The notes below the pieces were generated by a model that saw only the letters and a list, made by a program, of their open reading frames with translations, had not been told where the DNA came from and ran no database searches. A program made the translations under genes and the position numbers. A stretch of 64,000 bases of DNA, from positions 31,374,001-31,438,000 of the forward strand of contig OZ076409.1 of the NCBI GenBank assembly GCA_964187785.1. The letters are read 5' to 3'. The first letter of the stretch is position 1; every line of letters starts with the position of its first letter. Shown one piece after another: positions 60,701-64,000 of this stretch. The stretch comes from Amphiscolops sp. MND2022. Lineage: Eukaryota.

Positions 60701-62730
60701 GATCGATTGAAGTTGAATCTCCTTCACCATTGCTGAAATGTATTGATTTCTGGATGCACGTTAACATGGATGACAAATGGCATACATTCAATTCAGTTCA
60801 GTTCCGTTAAAATGAACTTCAATCTTTCTGATTTCGAATAAACTTAGTTGGGAGCCCTAATAAAAGTGAGCTAATTTTCTGACTTAGAATATAATAGAAG
60901 TTTTCTTCATTCATTTCACTTGGCGATTGTACCCAAAATTGAAAAAGGTTATTTTTTACAGCGCTTTGAATTTCATTTGTGATACAGTCAATCGAAATAA
61001 TTTGACTTGTGACAGTTGTCAGAGAGGCCAACTTGTCAACGTATTCCAATATTGTTTCTCGAAATGATGTCAATGAATTTGTCACATATAGAATATATTT
61101 TTTTCAACTTTTGATCCAATACATTCAAAAAGTTTTATGAATTTTCCCCTTGATTTTTCTCTTTTTCAAGTTTCGACATTGGTTGTTTGTGGTTCGTTCG
61201 AGTTTGATGATGATTCCAGGAATTTCCCCAGTATATAATCTTGATCACTTCTCGAAGTTTTGTTGAACTTGATAACTTGTGATCAGATGATAAATGCAGG
61301 TGGAGGGAAGTAACTGTTACTCGTGGGTTCCCTACTTTGCCTTCTAAAATTTTATAAGCTCATAAACTTGAGAAAATCGTTATTGAATTCTCGAAAAAAA
61401 ACGATAGTATCGTGTTTCAACTTTCGTAGGAATTGCGACCAGTTGGACAATTGGGACAATAAGAATTGGGACAATTTGTTTACATGCTGTTTGTCGCCAA
61501 ACATTATCCTATAATGATTGGAACGAATAGTCTATACCTCATTCAGTGTCACTCGGATGATTAATCTGTTTGTATGTCACTGATTTGGTGAATAGGAACC
61601 CGGGCCTCTTCGTTTTACCTTGCTATTGATATCCCTTGCTTCAGTATCTCTTGCTATTGATAACTTGATATCACTTTGATAATTAACAATGCTATAGTCT
61701 TGTTTCAATTTATCTCGCCCGGCTTTCCGCTGTTTTGCTGGTTCAGTGTCTGATTTTGTGAGCCAACTCTCTGTTCGACGAGCAAGTCTTTTTGCTTTAT
61801 TGTCGTTTTTCTAGTTTTATGGTAAAATTGTCATCGTAGCGATTGAATGTTTAGCCCTTGCAAGACGAACTTCTTTTGAGAAGTCTTTGTTAACGATTGG
61901 CTTTTCATTAAATAAAAAATATATTTCAGAGTTAGAGGTTTACTTGAGCTCTTATGAATTCGCGCCAATGGTACAGAGATTTTGAGAATGGTCATGTATA
62001 TTTGTGTGTACTATCAATGTAGCGAAAAATCGCCTTGTTGAGACATGATGGATCTTTTTGCGGGAAGTCGCAAAAGCTTTGGAAAGTAGAAATTCAATTG
62101 GCGAAAAATCGCTTACTGAAGTTCCAGTCAAAAATATTTTGGAAAGGTGGAGTTGAACCCAGTATCTCTGGATCCGCGCTACTTATTTCTTCTGGATATG
62201 GGTAGTGTGCTGTTCGTTTGGGTTGGCAACAGTACTCCGAAGACGCAGCTGAGCAAAGCCAAGCTGTTGGCCGGCAAAATAAACAAGAACGAGAGGAAGG
62301 GCCAGGCTAGAGTATTTGTTGTCAGACAAGGTGCAGAACCTAGTCCCTTTTGGCGAGGATTGCTGGTGGAAAACCCCGAAACGTTAGCGCTCAATTTTAT
62401 CTGATGCTTTTTGGAACATTCAATAACCCCTATATCTGTCATGATATGGACATGATTTGTATATTCGCCTTTATTTGCAAAAAAGCATTCTCTGTTTTTA
62501 TAGGTTCTCTTGCAAACCCGAAGAGTGGTTGAATTTGTCTGCAATCAAGAAACCCAACATCTACAACGTCATCATTAAACAAGCGGACAAGGATAAATTT
62601 TTCGAGCTGTCTTCAGGTTAGATGAAACTAATTTTTGTGTACAAAATCTACATGCCATTTTCAGTTGTTGAAACGTCGAATTTGCTGAGCCAGACTTTTG
62701 TTACAAAAAGCGCCGCTCAAGCGTCAGAGG
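3542..62730 (+). CDS. FLII: Flightless-I homologue (N-terminal LRRs + gelsolin repeats), multi-exon, 3' part beyond the window
   Basis: Sixteen GT-AG exons join in phase. They are colinear with FLII as I recall it: GLDL..[101 protein letters not shown]. Confidence 0.95.
4109..4353 (+). CDS. FLII: FLII exon 2 (LRR)
   Basis: tgtag|EFLSLAYNKITELNGE...LTILDLSHNPL...LSLKNT|gtcagt. Confidence 0.9.
4602..4766 (+). CDS. FLII: FLII exon 3 (LRR)
   Basis: ttgcag|VTTMPCSLFISLTNLNHLDVSDNDLETLPVQLRRLVNLKTLVLSHNP..|gtaaga. Confidence 0.9.
4880..4983 (+). CDS. FLII: FLII exon 4 (LRR)
   Basis: ttctag|QLSSMHNLEVLHLRNTGRNLENIPDDISKLLHLS|gtgaga. Confidence 0.9.
5054..5170 (+). CDS. FLII: FLII exon 5 (LRR)
   Basis: tttcag|DIDLGENNLTKVPNCIIACPSLKRLNISDNDIETFPKSI|gtttga. 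Confidence 0.9.
5235..5293 (+). CDS. FLII: FLII exon 6 (LRR)
   Basis: ttttag|DMWVHLETICLSRNKVSALP|gtaaga. Confidence 0.88.
5799..6041 (+). CDS. FLII: FLII exon 7 (LRR)
   Basis: tttcag|SEFGKLINLRNLYMDSNEL...[14 protein letters not shown]|gtatga. Confidence 0.92.
6163..6857 (+). repeat. Direct repeat copy 1, candidate 5' LTR of the BEL/Pao element
   Basis: TGTT...AACA ends; homologous to 25112-25642; homology stops exactly at AACA before a PBS-like motif. No TSD found. Confidence 0.45.
6860..6874 (+). promoter_or_regulatory. PBS-like site (tRNA-His-like)
   Basis: aaca-tt-TGGTGCCGTGAACTC, close to the complement of the tRNA-His 3' end (TGGTGCCGTGACTC). Confidence 0.55.
7813..8356 (-). mobile_element. 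Helentron-like HINE inserted in BEL gag
   Basis: AACAAGCCGGAAACGGC-AAAAGTCGGCG ... CGCCGACTAAAAA termini. Confidence 0.65.
9210..10019 (+). CDS. Polinton/adintovirus conserved protein (coiled-coil N-terminus, C-terminal FLPSDPDELVDQLKLL..GND motif), 5'-truncated
   Basis: 269-aa ORF; the DPxEL motif is one I associate with Polinton accessory proteins. Confidence 0.65.
   Translation: MQLEATKNQQQLSEKQIQALRDSSQTTVQAIENQTQAIRESNNALNRNLQKSIEEYDDITNRNNQLITNLVNSNQVDSSIVKTVSNLLNDKNKSQFSLEPMNLNLFTINPHNPQQVLIKGSTMTFENGNTYNLNDPDLSYFITYTQLDKEIQNENLIYNFLNDMKYDLNYGDKKSSRYNIIKYLFQPQLGSGIKFVFLPSDPDELVDQLKLLYFEKVGGNDNPMLSEQIIAIADKLLQYQCITTNQHQNLISTFTEKDQFVKKRPGIAD
9970..10884 (-). CDS. A32/FtsK-type packaging ATPase with N-terminal Cys-rich zinc-binding region
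   Basis: Walker A GPSFCGKT, Walker B VVFDD, FTRGRH, YYLSQ, IRNN; intact 304 aa. Confidence 0.9.
   Translation of the reverse strand: MKCIICGKSNEKSVCSDCENKKRCKECNVLKTDFYKYKNGKIYSTCIECFNKKVKCEFCNKEFNKTYLSKHLKRCIKLLEDVYYLNNNQTDDDNENQIDNNCSRTLIVGPSFCGKTHLLLNKLQLIRLDDNTRKIHIITRSPEQYSNTALLASDIKIEQVKVEEDLEDKSIQDFQSCCVVFDDFLDTSQKLIDPFFTRGRHNDLDVYYLSQPYFDLPKRTIRNNSNIIILFQQTLKDVEHIYRDIAGFDMSYDEFKSLCREAWKEKYNYSIINRLEDKNGKKYMICNESNPQYQVFSSQTDPFQ
11038..12059 (-). pseudogene. Second A32-like ATPase with an N-terminal hydrophobic anchor
   Basis: MNKKFYTGLLCVIFITVLYIYWYYIRP.. in frame (one TAA) with GTGGSGKT, VILDD, FRFGRQHNIQVIYLAH; a frameshift near 11400 links it to ORF 11038-11262. Confidence 0.8.
12074..12946 (+). 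pseudogene. Polinton rve (DDE) integrase
   Basis: WSIDLID, IWSDRGKEFYN, VERFNRTL, KFHVGDYVRV, KGYTTNW, GKYYEQEL; two in-frame stops and a 3' frameshift. Confidence 0.92.
12965..13393 (+). CDS. Polinton coiled-coil hypothetical protein
   Basis: 142-aa ORF, K/E/L-rich, tightly packed in the viral gene block. Confidence 0.6.
   Translation: MSIHKFGYSAESLQKDKIENLEKELESQTKLFDLKLNDMQSTINGMTDNLQNTEGALRVQEINFDDGETKVVVNAKLFLDINKIIEDLKINLKYLEQDVKNKFLEKKKEIILDAAKLVEEQQTILRNHFERNLISELEKCKN
13418..13687 (+). CDS. Polinton hypothetical protein (start uncertain)
   Basis: 89-aa ORF in the gene block. Confidence 0.45.
   Translation: MYNKGLFDSFENKDQIFNEYSYFSDEYLLEKYGKEIKTSDGVYYLSDLDYSTREDIVKCLKRDEYNDIVDLKYRMKLTDTEINFILFEK
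13756..14277 (+). pseudogene. Polinton membrane protein with a Gly-rich hydrophobic hairpin
   Basis: TAAATG start in frame with ORF 13819-14277 through one TAG; segment VSVLAVSSTCVTLSVTGVGLVVVPIASGIGAGLCIV. Confidence 0.65.
14338..15567 (+). pseudogene. Probable double jelly-roll major capsid protein, one premature stop
   Basis: ORFs 14338-15144 and 15322-15567 share one frame with a single TGA (~409 codons); beta-strand-rich pattern, FYVFDLSKQ..IRLEFKF C-terminus typical of Polinton MCPs. Confidence 0.8.
15724..19481 (-). pseudogene. Protein-primed family B DNA polymerase (pPolB) with N-terminal zinc fingers and an EndoVII-like insert
   Basis: YADFEC, VRDHDHLTGKYRGAAH, FHNFSGYD, FLDSYRFL, YIDANNLYGWAM, KLMNNAFFGKTMEN, YMDTDS; several frameshifts and stops. 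Confidence 0.95.
19482..20490. repeat. Right terminal non-coding (TIR) region of Polinton 1 with internal sub-repeats
   Basis: No ORFs; repeated aaaaaaacgttaattttagat / ttaccttgaaaat units at 20245-20430; ends in CTACTACT. Confidence 0.7.
24216..24960 (-). pseudogene. Intronless JmjC-domain (2OG/Fe(II) oxygenase) pseudogene
   Basis: LMWNSG*PFSQ*HAD (HxD), frameshift, QLQHGRKLWFV (GxKxW), VQRPGEVIHLPPGCGHCVVS (distal His). Confidence 0.8.
25112..25642 (+). repeat. Direct repeat copy 2, candidate 3' LTR of the BEL/Pao element
   Basis: Homologous to 6163-6857 with internal deletions; TGTT...AACA; no clear PPT. Confidence 0.45.
25878..27120. repeat. Tandem array of three ~412-bp units
   Basis: agtccgacaatgtgtcag recurs at ~25878, ~26291 and ~26702; near-identical shadow ORFs. 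Confidence 0.9.
27850..29700 (+). mobile_element. 5'-truncated degenerate LINE (APE-type non-LTR) ORF2 relic
   Basis: KSAGHDDI, IFKKGDRKDINNYRGISL, QGDNLSPLLF, LLYADD, C-terminal CTLC..DDYH. Confidence 0.88.
30193..30413 (+). repeat. Gypsy 5' LTR
   Basis: TGTGACATC...ATACAACA; one substitution seen relative to the 3' LTR. Confidence 0.97.
30414..30425 (+). promoter_or_regulatory. Gypsy primer-binding site
   Basis: TGGCGCAGT directly after the LTR (possibly tRNA-Ser; identity uncertain). Confidence 0.7.
30473..35947 (+). CDS. Gypsy Gag-Pol polyprotein (1824 aa)
   Basis: CCHC knuckle CNNCHKMGHFARVC, protease IDTGS, RT WLDD, RNase H TDAC/ELELLA/SDH, integrase HFGH..CSAC and D-D-E (QIDF, SDRG, VER); PR-RT-RH-INT order. 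Confidence 0.98.
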   Translation: MTTTKNNILLPYLEDTGLDGKRLYTPKEWTERLRHYIKRIHNIDIKPALSGETMPTSNEWTTKEPEIRQDFIWGAGPSAIETITKGEFNTDPDTINTEKLIQLFKDYYMPKRNTYHSRGDFFWAKQEENETPEEHWRKLVSLEKNCDFKDIKQEDLLISKFITSITDKKLREKLIREKTLDLKTTMDLVTQDSYEKRHRQSTIPPALAKEKEIKEEPIQKIQPQNKQNPQRNTGETSKTNNCGFCGQKNWSPLHKCPAKTVECNNCHKMGHFARVCRSKNNNTRKQKINYLEETYNEEDESEPEEIQQITQINRVLPDENDNYGIKLKVNGRYQNFTIDTGSPVTIMPNNPKLYNPRDIKPLKERYQDVNKNEIKFLGKIWADIEHNGKTTKLPILITQRDDITPLLGVNWLKRLPITINKISLDEPTNQSENIYTKFNKLFESNHTIKNIEVKIQIKPGCYPIQQKARPVPYHLQKDVKNELDRLIKSGHLERLETIEEDCFVSPVVITVKKDKTVKIALDARKLNESCIKKRPHMPNMEELLNQISAELSKNDHDPIWISVIDLDYAYGQMKLAPETSRHCNFAMTGETINGYYRFLKGFYGPADIPTIFQEKIDRTLGHQTPVWLDDIIVVTRGTKEEHTRKLYSVLTKLEDEGYRASKKKSKFYQKETIWLGHTISQDGIRPNKEKTDAINKLEPPTNTKTLKSFLGAIQYFAKFIPNLSEKTDNMRQLLKKGTKWEWTTERNSDFNKIENELTTLPCLAHYNGNKENIVTTDACKTGLGIALWQKQGNGELKPIAYASRYLNDAEKKYSIGELELLAVVWGLERFRFYLYGKQVQLFSDHQALEPLLKRNKMNKQYSARLTRWLDRLNHFDICLKHTAGKEIKFTDFISRNPTENPEPEENYEEEFVINAIAQLITVNARIGRIFNQSNLMNTDNETNMLGTRSLIDTRRRQTNNSHTHFNYRIEQHSAEIDNSEMNNNDNNARFFRMDGQLRYHWGADDEIMNIINRREKSPETTNLVKRRIELARPGAMRPQWNKNLGREIYIPRRPEEDERREIKRIDIQLKRKERESHIGGGYFQNFGDEIPQRQPQEQQQPTNNETNRDTESTTSNNSEDAVATHEPGAYPAIPVQEYRDGPIEEIAVHYVRINRIVEQKAKRNKQQEDNIRSAELDFMLDLETLIKETVADPDLIELNCCIEDNNMEQIPQNYKTVAKKLTHRWGIIMVDDRIIIPKSLRYAALNALHFGHPGINKMCNDAAIFWWPNMREDIEKKSKTCSACLNAGKNLKFQLPTTEKTKIEPPEKPGEEIQIDFTGNLHNKKLTSHPFILVAVDKNSRWPVAKICKNTNHETVISFLNEYINVYGVPKRIKSDRGGAFISKEYKEFCRSQNIDRNYGTANLHTGTGLVERTIQSLKNLILANLEDDQNLRESVNRALYVLRFTVHSETKKTPFESHFGREPRTKLLNLKNSVLVDSKDLSVYITRNSTGEITDHLVMSKKKTVEPKFRRGMTFSQTKKPTSSVSTNKFQYPFKFYEKNYKKGSLESKFKKKIQTAVSGTKHTVTTDKNKILHRKLISNPLPFQQATTAPMKRMNTRNNTADQPTCSKTLDTTNNNGAPCIYSRKEPPKPTSHERSEDWIKRRDPPRNNKGQFTSPNKNMETDLNLSIISDDEFDCYNKSEGKPIQTNPDDELQLLPKENNLTPEQGRYKKKNQTKPKEPVRRSNRLPFAKQTEKLGGVPYHTNNNQKKLTYNDNLLQETTTETTERNEEGNNRPMRKDEEEIRTIRPYKMPQQTFTGPLRRRGNVTSYQHHDLQTHRNIRH
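35879..35892 (+). promoter_or_regulatory. Polypurine tract
   Basis: GGAGGAGGGGGAA immediately before the 3' LTR. Confidence 0.9.
35893..36113 (+). repeat. Gypsy 3' LTR
   Basis: Copy of 30193-30413, followed by TSD ATGGT. Confidence 0.97.
36251..36482 (+). CDS. FLII: FLII exon 8 (end of LRR, linker)
   Basis: ttgtag|[17 protein letters not shown]...[12 protein letters not shown]...|gtgcgt; in phase with exon 7 across a 30,209-bp intron. Confidence 0.9.
38400..39345 (+). mobile_element. Degenerate 3' fragment of a CR1/L2-like LINE
   Basis: LVVYGSAAKENIDLIEKVQRRIIRAFF at ~38660-38745; internal 51-bp tandem duplication at ~38977-39080. Confidence 0.6.
39676..39859 (+). CDS. FLII: FLII exon 9 (linker)
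   Basis: tgaag|GSTAGSANSRKQRIQKRKEEEAERSDAAVLLTAMRKQA...|gtgcgt; phases fit both neighbours. Confidence 0.8.
40790..42100 (-). pseudogene. pPolB C-terminal fragment, copy 1
   Basis: IVEIWE.HWW, DFPPIFKN, KLIANSSYGHQI, EMDTDSLY, MIALCSKTYCCYD. Confidence 0.9.
42510..43810 (+). pseudogene. pPolB C-terminal fragment, copy 2
   Basis: Same motifs as copy 1, inverted orientation. Confidence 0.9.
44890..46220 (+). pseudogene. pPolB C-terminal fragment, copy 3
   Basis: Same motifs; retains a segment after NNCMF that is missing from copies 1 and 2. Confidence 0.9.
47666..47793 (+). CDS. FLII: FLII exon 10 (start of gelsolin repeat 1)
   Basis: tttag|PKKWNQNLKGPMMDFTKYFEADIGEVEGVHIWYISNFCPVML|gtaagt. 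Confidence 0.9.
47969..48021 (+). CDS. FLII: FLII exon 11
   Basis: tttttag|[18 protein letters not shown]|gtacag (gelsolin G-F--DCY motif). Confidence 0.9.
48093..48155 (+). CDS. FLII: FLII exon 12
   Basis: gtttag|NLWNGSEFLHNIYFWIGKDAE|gttagt. Confidence 0.88.
48283..48528 (+). CDS. FLII: FLII exon 13
   Basis: tgacag|[37 protein letters not shown]...GMHL|gtacgt. Confidence 0.92.
50960..51600 (+). pseudogene. Polinton packaging ATPase relic
   Basis: VVGPAGSGK, LVVIDDLYDEA, NLFQQSKNQKTVDLNVAQIVLFNSPRD..LG. Confidence 0.85.
52473..53570 (+). pseudogene. Polinton rve integrase relic preceded by a PHD-like finger
   Basis: CGSC..WCHIC.CLHFKC..FLCYKC, then IYRNP, NSGIKYLFVAVDALSRY, IWVDKG..GEF, KSALTERF, PKFDIG. 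Confidence 0.8.
53600..54500 (+). pseudogene. Polinton minor capsid (penton-like) relic
   Basis: LPGDWQVPLVEIVW; IFLYCDLVQNEPLGNTETAILRSI; FQSI. Confidence 0.75.
54900..56500 (+). pseudogene. Polinton major capsid relic, interrupted by a HINE
   Basis: VQLCGALHLDF; IIQAGQN..NLFGTEPIRRL; lies between penton and protease. Confidence 0.6.
55400..55939 (+). mobile_element. Helentron-like HINE (5' end eroded)
   Basis: 3' end GCGCCGACTTGG-GCCG-TTCC-CGGC-TTTTT; inverted close relative of 59085-59560. Confidence 0.65.
56504..56947 (+). pseudogene. Adenain-like cysteine protease relic
   Basis: IWSADNL, QIVNTSP...(H>N)WLL, LQNASSRM(C>S)GLYCIF; catalytic residues appear mutated. Confidence 0.75.
57020..60385 (-). 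pseudogene. pPolB relic with N-terminal C2H2 fingers
   Basis: CRKC..LTNHLRTKH, CSINVYQL, FHNFSRYDSH, DSLQFMPQSLD, AKGVSK, ILDDGINSIAYGH; ~207-bp tandem duplication at 58453-58871. Confidence 0.75.
59085..59560 (-). mobile_element. Helentron-like HINE in the Polinton 3 pPolB
   Basis: CCGGGAACGGCGCAAGTCGGCGC ... GCGCCGACTGAAAA. Confidence 0.65.
62147..62382 (+). CDS. FLII: FLII exon 14 (gelsolin repeat 2)
   Basis: gaaag|[27 protein letters not shown]...[10 protein letters not shown]...QGAEPSPFW..|gttagc. Confidence 0.9.
62504..62616 (+). CDS. FLII: FLII exon 15
   Basis: ttatag|FSCKPEEWLNLSAIKKPNIYNVII...FELSS|gttaga; phase fits. Confidence 0.75.
62665..62730 (+). CDS. FLII: FLII exon 16 (probable)
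   Basis: tttcag|VVETSNLLSQTFVTKSAAQASE|gtcagt; phase-compatible, weak sequence support. Confidence 0.55.
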
Positions 62731-63339
62731 GTCAGTCACGAGCACAGCAATTATAAGCACGTGTTTTGGTAAAATCTTATTCACTGCTCAGGAGACTCAG
62801 TGTCCTGTCTGATCTTAGACATAGGCATTTCGTAAACGTCTTCACTTCTTTTTCCTTCGCAGCTAGGATGAACTCTGCTCGACTTCCTTACTTTCGATTC
62901 GATGTTTCATCAACATACGTTTTTCCGTGTCGGCATTGCCTTTTTCGCCGTTTATGTAGCAGGACAAAATCTTTATTCCCAATTCGTCCTTACGGGTTAC
63001 ATGTCCGAAGAATTTCATTTGTCTACTTTCAATAGTTTATATAAGCATACGAGTTTTTGTGTTTTGTTCAGTATAAGTTCACACACAAAGTTAGTTTTGT
63101 GGGCGGTGTACGAGATGCGTTCCATTCTTCGGCACATGGGTACATATTTACACCGAAATGGCAATTTTTTTTAAAATTAAATTCGGGAGCAGCCCAATTC
63201 AGCGCCCCGCTCAAGGTTCACAACAATCAAAATTAAGTATGCAAAGAGACACTATTGTGAGAATGTTATCGAATTTACAGTGCTGGACAATATCCGAAGG
63301 CACAGCATGCGAATAAGAACGCTTTTTCCCCATTGGAAA

Positions 63340-63760
63340 CTTCAAAAACGGGATTTTTTAGAGGAGTCGAAAAAAATTTTCGACTACTTATGCAATCGTG
63401 TCGTTTTTTTCTCCCGAACTTTTCATGAAAATTTCACAAATTTCTCAAAAACTGTCCGTACGATTTTCATGAAATTTTGCACAGTCATTCTACACCCAAA
63501 GGGGCCCGTGCGTGCTCAAAGACATCAAAATCGTATGACCGGAATGTGAGAAACGTAGCCAAAATTAGCCCAAAAACAGCCATTTTTCGACTTTTTTCGA
63601 TTTTCTCAAAAACTGTCCATACGATTCAAACGAAATTTTTACAGTCATTCTACACCATATTAGAGTCATATATGTGCAATGGCATCAAAATCGTATGGCT
63701 GGGATGCGAGAAACATAGCCAAAATTAGCCCAAAAATGGTCAAAAAAGACAGCGATTTTT
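63340..63760. repeat. Dispersed repeat family with ~165-bp internal tandem units
   Basis: cgactacttatgcaatcg..aaaactgtcc(a/g)tacgatt..cagtcattctacacc also occurs at ~26200-27200, ~37440-37720 and ~47073-47480. Confidence 0.75.
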
Positions 63761-64000
63761 GTACTTCAAATTTCGCCCAAATTTTCAAAGATACAGTCAA
63801 AATGGGTAAATTCTGCCCAAATTCGTGCCAATGAAACCATTTGGTCCTTTTGCCGCTGTTTCAGTGTTCCAGCATTCTCCGTTGAAAAATGACTAGACTT
63901 CAGATATTCAAAAAAAAACTTTTTCAACTCCAATTTTTTTCCAACTTCAAGACTCCCACCAAAGTTAAGAAACTTTCACACAACTAGGATTAGAAGTGGA

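Larger units (their letters stand above)
48764..60897. mobile_element. Heavily degenerate Polinton/Maverick element 3 (protease-encoding type)
   Basis: AGTAGT left end at 48764; ~48866-48920 is inverted at ~60825-60895 (TIR remnant); ATPase, integrase, minor and major capsid, protease and pPolB relics between them. Confidence 0.8.

Noticed and set aside
60900..62100. Possible DNA-transposon relic with short ttgggacaat repeats
   Set aside because: No transposase motif or paired TIR found

Overview
Eukaryotic (metazoan, AT-rich, repeat-rich) genomic window. It holds one host gene: a Flightless-I (FLII) orthologue on the + strand, with 16 in-phase GT-AG coding exons from 3542 to 62730 (LRR domain, linker, first gelsolin repeats). 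The gene continues past the window end. Its large introns (30.2, 7.8 and 13.6 kb) are filled with mobile DNA. Intron 7 contains a decayed BEL/Pao LTR element, split by Helentron-like (HINE) repeats, one of which carries a left-truncated Polinton/adintovirus (two A32-type ATPases, rve integrase, capsid, pPolB, ACTACT terminus). Intron 7 also holds an intronless antisense JmjC pseudogene that may be cargo of the BEL element, a LINE relic and an intact young Gypsy element. Intron 9 holds a 7.1-kb TSD-flanked palindromic Polinton derivative built only from TIR and pPolB pieces. Intron 13 holds a third, older Polinton of another type (ATPase, PHD-finger plus integrase, minor and major capsid, adenain-like protease, pPolB). 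All family calls rest on motif recognition by eye; no database searches were run.
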